A model generated the notes under the pieces. It ran no database searches. It saw nothing but the letters and a program-made list of their open reading frames with translations, and was not told where the DNA came from. DNA of 38,642 nt, taken from contig NC_069004.1 of NCBI RefSeq assembly GCF_001194135.2, positions 6,820,962 to 6,859,603 on the forward strand, in the 5' to 3' direction. Origin of the DNA: Octopus bimaculoides (taxonomy: Eukaryota). Of the stretch, positions 24,361 through 37,215 are shown piece by piece. Both the position numbers and the translations under genes were made by a program. Positions within the stretch are counted from its first letter, which is position 1. Each line of letters starts with the position of its first letter.

Positions 24361-24890
24361 GGGACGGAGAAAGTGGAGACAGGTAAACAGACGGACAGAC
24401 CGGCAAACAGGTGGCAAGAAGAAAATTCCAATGAAATTATGGGATTGAAAATCTTGAATGTGAAAGATCACATTTTCCGTAATTATTCCAAAAGTTTCGG
24501 GTCACAGAAAATATGGAGAGTTGAAAAGACCAAATATTCTTCATGGAATTTATTCCTCATCGTTATTGGATGCTTTCATTTTTTTTTGTTATTTTTTTAT
24601 TTGATAATTTTAATTAATAATTCAATTAAATTTCCCTGTTCCATAATTGAAAACCTTCCTGCATATCAGAAAAAATCACAATCAAATATATTTGCAATAA
24701 CAAGAATTTCGTTATTACTGTTGTTATCGTTATTGGTTTTCTTGTTGTTATAGTTATTGTTGGTGTTGTAATGGTGGTGGTGCTAGTGGTGCTGGTGCTG
24801 GTGCTGGTGGTGCTGGTAGTGCTGGTGATGATGGTTTTGTTACTGTTAACAGTGTGGAGTTTTCGATTTTGTTATTGCGTTTGTTTATTG

Positions 24891-25155
24891 TCTCCGCCTT
24901 AACGAAGGCGGACGTATTGTATCCAGTCGTGTTTGTTTGGCTGTGGACAAGATACATCAAGAACGGCTTGATGGATTCGAATGAAACTTCCAGGGATGTT
25001 TGGCCACGTATCTGTCAGGGACGGATTAGATTTTGGGACACTAACATATTCAGTAACAATAATAAATTGAAATTATCCATAAGTTTTAGTTTTACCAATT
25101 TTGAATATATCGCTCCTTGACAATTGCATTTCTAGCTCTGCCTTGGCGGAAGCTT
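24891..25155 (+). mobile_element. Non-autonomous element with a DINE-1/HINE (Helentron-type) layout
   Basis: 5' hairpin tccgcctt-aacg-aaggcgga (24893-24912), then a tttg/ctg simple-repeat core, gatggattcgaatgaaactt, and a distal ccttggcgga (25141-50) inverted relative to tccgcc. The class assignment comes from recalled similarity. Confidence 0.5.
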
Positions 25156-26206
25156 TACTTCTTGGACTCACGTTTTTTTTGCGCAACGATGTGGTTAAAC
25201 CTCCGTTAACAGCAACATATGCAGGTCCTTTCCGTTTTCTTACATGCACGGATAAATTTTTCACTATAGACCTTAATCTTCGTGTATATATATATATATA
25301 TATATNNNNNNNNNNNNNNNNNNNNNNNNNNNNNNNNNNNNNNNNNNNNNNNNNNNNNNNNNNNNNNNNNNNNNNNNNNNNNNNNNNNNNNNNNNNNNNN
25401 NNNNNNNNNNNNNNNNNNNNNNNNNNNNNNNNNNNNNNNNNNNNNNNNNNNNNNNNNNNNNNNNNNNNNNNNNNNNNNNNNNNNNNNNNNNNNNNTATAT
25501 ATATATATATATATATATATATCGAGAGAGAAAGAGAGAGAGCGAGAGAAAGGAAACTTTATTTGTATATTAAGGCTACCATTTGTTTCATGGTAAAAAA
25601 ATATCTTAACTCTTTTTCTTGCCGATCACATACTGAAATTGGTAATCTTCTCCATTTTGAATCAAAACACGAAAACAAGAACACCAATTTATCGAAACTG
25701 AAAATATTAATAGCAAATTTGGCGTTGATGCAATTTGAACTAAGAATGTAAAGGCGGATGATATGACGCTTCACTAAGCATTGTTCCCAGTGTGATAGGG
25801 ATTCCGCTAGCTCACCCCCTTCTGCCCCAATTATATCAAGTCTCTCTGCATCTTTCTTTGAAATCTTCCTCATTCTCTTGTTTGCGCCAATGGTGGATTA
25901 GACACGTTGTCAGCAAGAGCTACCACGCAAAGTCTGCCAATAACATTCTGTAAAACCCGAGAAAAGGATTGAAATATTTTTGGTCATAAAATCGCAAAGC
26001 GTAAAGCAAATCATCGTGAACTAAGTCTCAGCGCTATCGTTTTTAATTGAAACAAAAAAAAATCATCTATTGCGACAGTCATACACGATAGCCAATAAAA
26101 ATGATGATGATGATGACAATGACAATGATAAAGCTACTACTACTACTTCTAGTAGTAGTAGTAGTAGTAGTAGTAGTAGCAGTAATGAATTCAAAAATGT
26201 TTGTTA

Positions 26207-26244
<38 letters not shown>

Positions 26245-27474
26245 GTAGATTATTACGATAGATAAAGATATATGAGCATACACACACACACACACACACA
26301 CGCACGCACACACTCGCACACACTCACGCACACAAGCACATACATATCTTCTATCCCGTACATATTTCTGTCTCTGTCTCTATCTCTCTCTGGACGAACA
26401 CACACTCAATTATGTATGTGTGTGTGTATGTATATATGTACGTATTACAAACTGCAGAAATCCTGGAAAACGGAATCCTACGCTGGAGATCCTATTTCTT
26501 TCCCAATAACTCGACGCCTCTAGTTACCGAATATATAGCTTAAGGATAAGTAACTGTCCACCACGTAACAAATTATGGCAAGTTATTTGAGAGGATAAAA
26601 AATATAAAATTTCGTCTTATATAAGCACCTTACAAACGCTTTCTTTACAAAAACTATACTAGAACGCTCAAAAACGCTGGAAATCATTTGCTCTCTCTCT
26701 CTCTCTCTTTCCCTCTCACTCTCTCTCTCTCTCTCTCTCTCTGACAAACGAATTACTTCTGTAAGATTTACATCGTCAAACTCCTGACTTATTCGAAATA
26801 ACTTTACAAATACATAGAGAATAGCGAACGCTTGCACGGTCTGTATGTCTATCAACAAAGCGCAAATACGAACCGCCAAATTTAGAATAAATCATAGGAG
26901 CGATTGTTTAGCTCCATATAAATCTCAAATGACATTTACAGTCGAAGTGGGAATTCGTAGATGAATATGAATTAAGGATTGGTTGGAATTGAACGACTGG
27001 GCCCAGCTGTTTGGGCGCTGGCTATTTGTCACGGCTGACTGAATATTGAGTCTGTTTTATCGAGAGTATATTCTGACAGTGGAGGTAAAGACAGACAGAT
27101 ATAGACACACACACAAATACATACGCTCTTCAACAGAGAGAAATACGAGAAAATAAATCGAGAGGGAATGAAAAAAAAACGTGTTGAGTTCAAAGGTAAA
27201 AAAGAGAGAGAATGGCAAAGTGTTACCGTATGGAGTTTAAAAATTCAAAAAGTTCAGAAAGTTCAAATGTTGTGGTAGATTAGAGCGATTTACATCAACG
27301 AAAATAGCCAGTGAGATCCGTGAAGGTAAAGTTCAAAAGACGATGAAGATCCAGCGGTAATCCGGGTAGATTGATGGTAAGTGGATGAAGAGAAGAGCTG
27401 AAAGGTCTGGAAGTGGTAAAGTCCAAGAGAATGAGAATTTCAGTCATGATCAAACTGGGGTAACCACGTGAGCG

Positions 27475-27506
<32 letters not shown>

Positions 27507-27689
27507 ATGTTTAAGCAATATTTATTATAGAGAAAATACGAAATACAGAGTGAAGTGGAAGAATGAAAACAGACGTGAGATACGTAAGGATACGGTATCT
27601 GCAGTTCCGTTATTTATGCAGAATACTGTATATATAAGTTTCNNNNNNNNNNNNNNNNNNNNNNNNNNNNNNNNNNNNNNNNNNNNNNN

Positions 27690-27771
<82 letters not shown>

Positions 27772-27834
27772 ATGTGTGTGCCTTTGTGTCTGTGTTTGTA
27801 CCTCACCCCTGACTGACAACTGATGATGTGTTTG

Positions 27835-27992
27835 CGTCCGCATAACCTAACGTTCGACAAAAGTTACGATAAAATAAGTACCAGACTTAAAATCAAGTAC
27901 TAGGATCGTTTCGTTCGACTAAATGTAGTCAAGGTGGTACTCCAGCATGGCTACAGTCTAATAACTGAAACAAGCAAAAGAATAAAAGAATA
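27835..27992 (+). mobile_element. SINE family B, 3' part preceded by (TG)n
   Basis: ataagtaccagactt...gttcgactaaa...ggtggtactccagcatggctacagtc..aactgaaacaagcaaaagaataaaagaata is the reverse complement of 34997-35138. Confidence 0.8.
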
Positions 27993-28519
27993 TATAGAGA
28001 GTGAGAGAGAGAGAGGGTGAGAGTGAGGTAGAGAGAGAGGGGGCATTACAATATATCACGTGAACACAACTAGCATAAACACATGTCCTATCCACATACA
28101 CATATGCTCACAGACACCTTTACTGTGTAATAAGATCCGAGGATGCCCTGTTGTAAAGATAAAAACCAAATGCAGGCAGATGGGAACATGCCTTTGGTGA
28201 AAATCGCTTCTGAAACTTTCTGAAACCGGCTTTCAAACTAGTACATAACTTACGTGTAAAATTAACATATTTCTAATAATTAATTACGATGATAAATTAT
28301 ACAAAGGATTATATGCATTTATGCAAATAACGGATTTTAAAATATTATGGAAATTACTATTAATGTATTTAATATATAGAAAATTAAAAAGCTATATAAT
28401 TATTTTATTACAAAGTTAATTATAATAATTATGCTGTACGAAAATGGCAATATTGGTCAATGTTAATATTATTGTAAATTATTCAACATTTAATTAGTCA
28501 GACAATCATCATTACTTAG

Positions 28520-30125
28520 CTAGTTTGTGTAAAGGTCTAATTAAGCAGATAGAACGCTACAATAGCAAATTTGCTGAGCATCTATATACTTAGCTAATTA
28601 CAGGGAAGTTCTAATTACTTAGATAGAATGCTATCATAGCGAATTCATCGAATATCTATTTAGCTATTTACATTAATGTTAATTCAGTTACGGGGAAAAG
28701 GAGACCCCCGGGACTTTCAGAGTGACACGCCTAAAAATTATCTTGGATAATTTTAGTAGCTGCAGCGCGCGTGAGGATCAGCCATGTTTCATGCGGCCCC
28801 GTTTCTCGAAGAAGGTTGATTATGCCGCATTTAATTAGAAAGGTAGTGCTCTTTGACAGCAAATTAAATAAACATCAAGCTATTTAGTTAATTACAGAAG
28901 AGGTCTATATTGTTAATGACAGAGATCTAATTAACTATTTACATTGAAACTAATGTAGTTACGGGGGCAAACTGCGGTTCGTAGGACTTTCGGAGAGACA
29001 CGCCTAAGCGAAAAATATTTTTAGTAGTTGCGGCCCACCTGGTGATGAGCCATGTATTATGCAGACCGCCTGGTGATGAGTCATGTCTCATGCGGCCCGC
29101 TTCTTGAAGAAGGTTGCCTGTGCCTCATTTAATCAGAAAGGTAGAACGTCTCGACAGCAAATTAAGTAATCATCTAGAAATTTAGCTAATTACAGAAGAG
29201 GTCTAATTAAACAGATAGAACGCAATAATAGCAAACTCACTGCACATTCATCTGTTTATCTAATTGCAGAGGTCTGATTAAACTGATCGGAAGCTATGGA
29301 AGCAAATTCATTGAGCATCTAACCACTGCGTTGTCGAATAAAGTTGTTTGTTTTTGTTTCCATTCATTTCAACCCTTTCCAAAGTTATATGAATGAATAC
29401 GAAAATATTTTTATCGTGGTGGGGTTTTCTGTTGGTTTTATACTCTGTCTGCTCTTCCTCTATAATATTTGGTCAACGATTGTTTTGAAATTTGAGTAAA
29501 TTTCACCTGTCTTCTGGTATGTGGCCATAGATTGCCAGCTAAAAAAAAAAAAAACACCATAATGAATTTACCTGATATAATTAATATTCATCTAATTACA
29601 GAAGATATCATAGTTAAACAGATAGAAAGATATGTTTAACGAAATTAGTGAAAGTCTATCTACTTTTGTTCATGAGAGAGATGGTCTAATTAAACGATAG
29701 CCAAATCAGCATTTATTTATCTAGCTAATTATAGAGACGGTCTAATTAAACAGATACAACGCTATGATAGCAAAGTCAGTGAGAAACAATTTATTTAGCT
29801 GATCACTATAAAGGTCTGATTAAAGATATAGAACTGCGCGGTAGCAATTTCAGCGCACATCCAGTTATTCAGCTGAATACAAAAGAGGTTTAATTAATGA
29901 AGGTCTAATTACATATATAAGAATAACACAGAACAATAAAGGTCATTTAAAGATGTTGAACTCTATGACAGCAAATTCAGTAAACACTATTTCTTCAACT
30001 ATCGACAGAGGAGGTCTAATTAAACAGAACACAACGATAGCAAGTTCAGTGAGCATCTTTCTATGTATCTAATTACAACGAAGATTTAATTAAACTTACA
30101 GAAACGCTAATATAGTAGATTCCGT
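28520..30125. repeat. Degenerate ~71-74 bp minisatellite (about 15 units) containing a duplicated ~271-300 bp higher-order block
   Basis: ggtctaattaaacagatagaacgct..gatagcaaattca recurs at 28534, 28608, 28902, 29200, 29271, 29683, 29739, 29813, 29887, 29941 and 30013. The block agttacgggg...gacacgcctaa...gaagaaggttg starts at 28686 and 28957. Confidence 0.88.
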
Positions 30126-30616
30126 AATCAAACATCTACTTTTACTCTTGATGTTAATGAATTTTAAACTTGATGTTAATTATATTAATCAATCAGTCAT
30201 CTACGTATTACTGCAGTTTAATTGTTGCAGGTTCCTGGATCTTTATACTTTCATCGCTTATCTTGTTAGTCGCGTTTTGTGATTTTGTGACGTCAATGAA
30301 AATAGCACACGTGACCGTATTTAGACTTTTACAAGAATAAGGGAAGTTAAATTCAACACCAAGATCTGCCTCCTCCTCAAATCGAATACAGCAGACTGAA
30401 GTCCACAAAAGACACCCGAAGATTACGTGGTGTTGTTAAACCGGGTGCCTGTGTTTAAAGAATTAGAATTATGTCTCTCACCCATAATAGTGTGACCTCT
30501 GACCGCGCAATAAAATAAATGGGTTAAATGATCGTTTACTGCGTTTTTAAGTAGACGGTTTGTGTTCGAAATAAAAAAAATAATGATTAAACATTCCCAT
30601 CATCGTATGTGCTCGT

Positions 30617-30734
<118 letters not shown>

Positions 30735-30830
30735 GTACGTATATATTTCTGAAGATCTAAGATTTAAATTATATACATGGATACATACACTTATATACAC
30801 ATACACACAAAGATTAAACTTTTCCATGCT

Positions 30831-30884
<54 letters not shown>

Positions 30885-33081
30885 TACACATTTACATATA
30901 TATATATTCATACATATAATGCATATATATTTGCACACATATGAATTACATATAAGTGTGTGTGTGTGTGTGTATGTGTGTGTTTGCATGTGCGCGCGCT
31001 TACGTGTGTGTATGTATGTATATATATGTGTACATTTACATGTGTTCCAAAATCATTCTTTTAACTCTTTTATCTGTTTCAGGTAGCATGTTAACACACA
31101 CATACACACACACACACACACACATAATTATATATTATTCAAATGTCAATGACCGTCAGATATAATTACTTGTATGCTTCTATGATGCAATATTGTTGTT
31201 CAAACGCATACAGATTCTTTAGATCTGCTACTGGTTTTTATGTGCTCTATTCCTTGACATAAGAGAGAAATATTTGAAATGTCGATAATTATTAACAATA
31301 AACTTTACAAGGTTAATTACCTCCATATCAATAAATCACTGCAAGAGGATTCTCTGATATTATAAAAGGATCCGTGCTTTCCATATATATATATTAGACT
31401 TTGAGTCTTTACTTTCGTTTTCTACCACTGCACTTCGATTTCTTGCTCCAGGTTACCTACTTCATGTCCTTTAGTATTATCTGTCCATTTTGTTGCATAT
31501 ATAAATCTAGATTAATTAAAGCCGGAGAAAGAACTTTACAAGGCTGCTCAACTTGTTAGGCAGAGCAAATTTAATTATTATAATAACGCATGGAAATTTG
31601 AACGGTATATTGAGTATGGTGGCCTTGGAATATGCCAAACTGATGAGAATGTCACCTCAGGGAATATCATCTTCTTATGGATATATAACTACTTCATCGA
31701 AGCTGGCAAGTCATTACATAATAACTACATATATATGCATGCAAAATACAGATCCAAAATAGTTAATAACACCTTCACACAAAGGAATTTGCAGCACAAA
31801 CAAAAACACATACGTAAACATGGACGATCACGCACAGGTATATATCATATATATAGTGAGAATTTACAAAAAGACTGTTCCTTTTTACATAGGAATTGCA
31901 TCTAACCGCATACTATATGTCTAATAAGAGAAATGTCTAAGAGGAGAAACACAGTTGACACTCACTATTACAGTCTATATGTCCATGGAACGTTTAAACC
32001 TAATCATGTTATCATGTGAGATTGCATAAATTGTAATTCAACGAATTAGAAAGAATTTTCAGATTGTTAACACACACACACACACACACACATGCAGATA
32101 CACATACACAATGTGTATGTACATGTTTATATATATATATATATATATATANNNNNNNNNNNNNNNNNNNNNNNNNNNNNNNNNNNNNNNNNNNNNNNNN
32201 NNNNNNNNNNNNNNNNNNNNNNNNNNNNNNNNNNNNNNNNNNNNNNNNNNNNNNNNNNNNNNNNNNNNNNNNNNNNNNNNNNNNNNNNNNNNNNNNNNNN
32301 NNNNNNNNNNNNNNNNNNNNNNNNNNNNNNNNNNNNNNNNNNNNNNNNNNNNNNNNNNNNNNNNNNNNNNNNNNNNNNNNNNNNNNNNNNNNNNNNNNNN
32401 NNNNNNNNNNNNNNNNNNNNNNNNNNNNNNNNNNNNNNNNNNNNNNNNNNNNNNNNNNNNNNNNNNNNNNNNNNNNNNNNNNNNNNNNNNNNNNNNNNNN
32501 NNNNNNNNNNNNNNNNNNNNNNNNNNNNNNNNNNNNNNNNNNNNNNNNNNNNNNNNNNNNNNNNNNNNNNNNNNNNNNNNNNNNNNNNNNNNNNNNNNNN
32601 NNNNNNNNNNNNNNNNNNNNNNNNNNNNNNNNNNNNNNNNNNNNNNNNNNNNNNNNNNNNNNNNNNNNNNNNNNNNNNNNNNNNNNNNNNNNNNNNNNNN
32701 NNNNNNNNNNNNNNNNNNNNNNNNNNNNNNNNNNNNNNNNNNNNNNNNNNNNNNNNNNNNNNNNNNNTATATTTGTGTGTGTGTGTGAATTTTATTTTTA
32801 TATTCACATGCTTCTGTCGCCTGATGTTGCATCTTATTTGGAAACATCTATTTTTATAGAGTGTCGACAAGAATTGCTTTCTGTCAGTTTTTCCAGAATC
32901 GTGTTGCAGAAATGGCAATAAGGAGAGACAGAGAGTGAGAGAGAGGGAGAGAGAAAAAAAGGAAGCATGAGAAAGAGATAGGAAGAGCGACGTGTGTATA
33001 TATGTGTGTGTGTGTGTGTGTGTGCTTGTGTGCGTGTGTGTTTGTGTGTATGTGTGTGTGCTTGTGTGCGTGTGTGTTTGT

Positions 33082-33118
<37 letters not shown>

Positions 33119-33299
33119 CGTACGTGTGTGTGTGTGTTTAGAATTTGTAATTGCAGAAAATTAATGAAGACATGGCGGCCATTGCTATCGTTGATATTTT
33201 ATTCTCTGCGAACGTTTAATTCAATTGTCCATCGAAGTTTGGCAGAGGAATATAAAAAGAAAAGGAATAAAAGAAAAGGAAAACAAAAACAAAGCAAAA

Positions 33300-33429
33300 A
33301 AAAGCAGCAGCAGTAGCAAATACGACTATGAGGATACTAACAACAACACCAGAAATAACTACAAATGCAGTAACAGCAATAACAACAAGAACAACAACAA
33401 TAACAATACTACTACTACTACTACTACTA

Positions 33430-33464
<35 letters not shown>

Positions 33465-33487
33465 AATATAAAATAATAATAATAATG

Positions 33488-33583
<96 letters not shown>

Positions 33584-33771
33584 ATGATGCTGATGATGGT
33601 TATGCGATGATGACGATGACGTGGATGATGACGATTTTGACGACGATAAGGAAGACGACGATGATGACGAGCCAAATGTTGATCCTGATGATGATGATGA
33701 TGATGATTGAGATTGTGATAATTGCGATGATGACGTGGAGGGGGAAAAAGAGGAAGTGCATATAATGATAA

Positions 33772-33836
<65 letters not shown>

Positions 33837-34125
33837 TAACAAAACGATATCAAGAGAGTGATGATGATGAAGATGTTGATGATGATGATGATGATGAAGA
33901 TGTTGATGATGATGATGATGAAGATGTTGATGATGATGATGATGAAGATGTTGATGATGATGATGATGATGATGAAGGAATAGGAGGAGGAGGAGGAGAA
34001 GAAGAAGAAGGAGAAGAAGAAGAAGAAGAAGAAGAAGAAGAAGAAGAAGAAGAAGAAGAAGAAGAAGAAGAAGAAGAAGAAGAAGAAGAAGAAGAAGAAA
34101 AAAAGAAGAAGAAGAAGAAGAAAAG
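33300..34125. repeat. Large compound trinucleotide tract: (AAC)(ACT)(AAT)(ATT)(GAT)(GGA)(GAA), including four gaagatgtt(gat)5-7 units
   Basis: Direct reading; source of the poly-D/E/K ORF at 33833-34207. Confidence 0.97.
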
Positions 34126-34996
34126 GAAGGTGGGTGGAGGAGAATTTAAATGCTGGAAACTTTTTAGTTTATTAGAATCGTTTCGTTCTAATGTTTTCGA
34201 TTTTTGATTTTAATTTTATTCCTTCGTCTAAATTTCATTCATTTCATTTTCTTCCTCCTATTTTGTTTTTTTTAATTTTTTTTTACTACTATTTCACTTG
34301 TTTAGCATGTTTTAATTCTTTGATTTTTATTTATTTTTTTTGTATATAATTTTTAACGATTTTTACGTTATTCATTTTGTTATTCGGTTAATTTAATTCT
34401 TTAATTAAATTATCGTGTCACGTACAGCAAAAAGAATAAAACCGACAAACAACAATATCGATAACAAAATATATTTAAAAAAAATTATGCAATGATATAT
34501 TAATCTCAGGTGTGGGAAGAAGGATTGCGATGAAAATTTGTTTTGTTGAGAATATTCTTTAAAAAAAACTATATATACCCGTCTCATTTCTGTATGTGGT
34601 TTATACCCGGATGGAGGTAAGTATAGCCTGGTTTTGTCCTATCCAAACCTGATAATATTTGTGTGTATGTGTGTGAGGGGCGAGGATAGCGTTGGTGCAT
34701 GTGTAGAGGTATATATGTGTAGAGGTATATATATGTGTGTTCGCATATGTAAATATATAATGTTCTTGTTATTGTTGTTGTTTTTTGTCGTCGTTTAGCC
34801 ACGGGCCAACTTCGCTCGGGGTATCATAGCGAAATTTTCTCTTAAATCACATCAGGAGAATCTGTTAAATTTGACAAATGTACGAAATATATTTCTGAAT
34901 GACACCAGTAAAAAGTAACTTAAACTTACTACTATCACCTTGGTCAGTCTGTTGTAACCATTGAGCTACTACTACTACTACTACTACTACTACTCT

Positions 34997-35138
34997 CTGT
35001 TTCTCCCTTTTGTTTCAGTCATTTGACTGCGGTCATGCTTGAGCACCGCCTTTATAGTCGAGCAAATCGACCCCAGAGCTTATTCTTTGTAAGCCTAGTA
35101 CTTATTCTATCGGTCTCTTTTGCCGACCCACTAAGTTA
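34997..35138 (-). mobile_element. SINE family B, 3' part (antisense), well conserved
   Basis: tgtttcagtcatttgactgcggtcatgcttgagcaccgcc...gtcgagcaaatcgacccca...agcctagtacttattctatcggtctcttttgccga. Confidence 0.85.
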
Positions 35139-36024
35139 AACTAAAGGGACAATGCACATTTTCTTAACTCGACAGCTGTTTCTGGGAGCTCCGAATTATG
35201 TAATGGGTGTAATTCTTCCCTTATATATATNNNNNNNNNNNNNNNNNNNNNNNNNNNNNNNNNNNNNNNNNNNNNNNNNNNNNNNNNNNNNNNNNNNNNN
35301 NNNNNNNNNNNNNNNNNNNNNNNNNNNNNNNNNNNNNNNNNNNNNNNNNNNNNNNNNNNNNNNNNNNNNNNNNNNNNNNNNNNNNNNNNNNNNNNNNNNN
35401 NNNNNNNNNNNNNNNNNNNNNNNNNATATGTATGTATATATATATATATATATATATGCGTGTGTGTACGTATGTATATTTATACCAAGCCTAATAACGT
35501 TTTTCTGCGTCACTACGTCTCCCACCATCTCTCTATTTCTCTCTCTCTTTATATATATATATATATATATACAAACATATGTACACGCATACATGTTAAC
35601 ACACACACACACACTTGCAGACACCCATAGATCCCTATATCGCTTTTTCTCCTCTCATTTCAGATCTACCTTAATTCCTTATCTTTGTTTCACAACGTCT
35701 CACCTTCTTCACGTCGCCATCACAAATGACTTTCTTTCTCCCGCTCTCTCTCTTTCTTTTTCCGTCATTCTCACTTTTCGTTCTCTTGCTACATGCTGTC
35801 TACTTCTATTATTTTATCACGTCATCTCTCCGGTCGCACCCTTCAATTATAGACCATTCCCCCGTTTTTTTCTTTTCCCCCTCCTTCATTCACCTTTCCC
35901 TTTCTCGCATTATTTCTTCTCTCGATCTTTCTTCCCTACGCCCACCCCTCCCACACGCAGTATTTCACTTCGCATTATCTGAGACTTTGTGACTGCTGTT
36001 TATTTTTTCCTCTCACTTTCCTCT

Positions 36025-36065
<41 letters not shown>

Positions 36066-36086
36066 GCCTATCTATCTATCTATCTG

Positions 36087-36122
<36 letters not shown>

Positions 36123-36992
36123 CCCCTCACCTAACTGCTTATCCATTTAATCCACGTTGAATATATTCTTTCTTTCTCTACCAACACATTCAACACAATC
36201 ACTTTTTTCTCTTTCCAGAGAAACACACACACACACACACATACGCACACACAACTCACAGTTCGTATGTGTGTGAGAGAGAAAGAGAGAGAGGAAGAGA
36301 ATGAGAGAGAGAGAGAGAGAGAGACCAATAAACAAAAATACTTGACTCGTGACATAGCATTTCATATATTAACATTAACAATGGACTTCATCACAGTGTT
36401 GCACCTAATTAAACTCACAACGATAAACTCTACCATTATGTTATTTTTAAATATTAGCTTACCACAATGAACTATTGCAGTCTGATGTAATTACTTCAAC
36501 TATTATGATGCAGTATCGCGATTTATTTATTTATTTTATTTTACATCGCGAATTGTGAACAATAGCGCCTTTGATTACGGATCTCTAATGAGCTAAACAC
36601 CGGTTGCAATCTATTTCTGACGGTGAGATTACAAAGGAGATTTGAAATCGACGAGGAACAAATATTTGTTCGTAAAACTCCGTTGTTTTTCTTTTTTCTT
36701 TTCATTTTATTTTTGTTGCTATATTTTTTTTGTTTTATTTGTTGCCTATGGAGGAAGTGAGGGGGCAGTGGCCTTGACCTTTGCATATTCTCTGTGAGTG
36801 GTGAATTTGATGTCCGTTGATTTTGCCGTTTAAAACAAAACGGGTAGGGAGCAGATTCCAGTGGGACGATGTTTTGATGAGAAAGGACTAGTCACCAAGG
36901 CTAGTGACAAAAGGTGGAAACACATGTCACACGGTCGGTGTTGCGGTAGTGTTTCGAGACCAGCCAGCTTCGAGAAACTGAGACTATTTGAG

Positions 36993-37100
36993 TATCCAAA
37001 AATACGGTACTCCGTCTGTTACGATGCCGAAGTTTCTTCTTTATCCGATTAACGGAACAGCCTGCTCTTAAAATAAACGTACAGTTTACTGAGTACTTCA
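36993..37100 (-). mobile_element. SINE family C, 3' fragment
   Basis: gtactccgtctgttacgatg...atccgattaacggaacagcctgctc..aaataaacgt matches 10305-10385. Confidence 0.75.
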
Positions 37101-37215
37101 CTGACATGCCAGCTCGCTGCCATTAGTTTATATATTCTGTTTCCATTGGGCCCAGAAAGCAACACATCAACTGATTCCTTCTTCATCATGCATAGCACTG
37201 TGGTTATATGTACAG

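Noticed and set aside
26458-26543. Protein-like frame EILENGILRWRSYFFPNNSTPLVTEYIA*
   Set aside because: It is short, the opposite strand is equally protein-like, and no motif is recognisable.
28520-30125. CRISPR-like or LRR-coding interpretation of the ~74-bp repeats
   Set aside because: The whole unit is repeated and diverged, with no invariant repeat plus unique spacer. The context is eukaryotic with no cas genes, the period is mostly not a multiple of 3, and stops are frequent.
30395-30452. PRNLRVS peptide resembling a fibronectin type III start (minus strand)
   Set aside because: The frame stops after 23 codons, before the conserved Trp.
34510-34624. Strong donor GAG|gtaagt and a GVGRRIA peptide reminiscent of the P450 heme motif
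   Set aside because: The essential Cys is missing, and all frames from the upstream acceptor hit stops.
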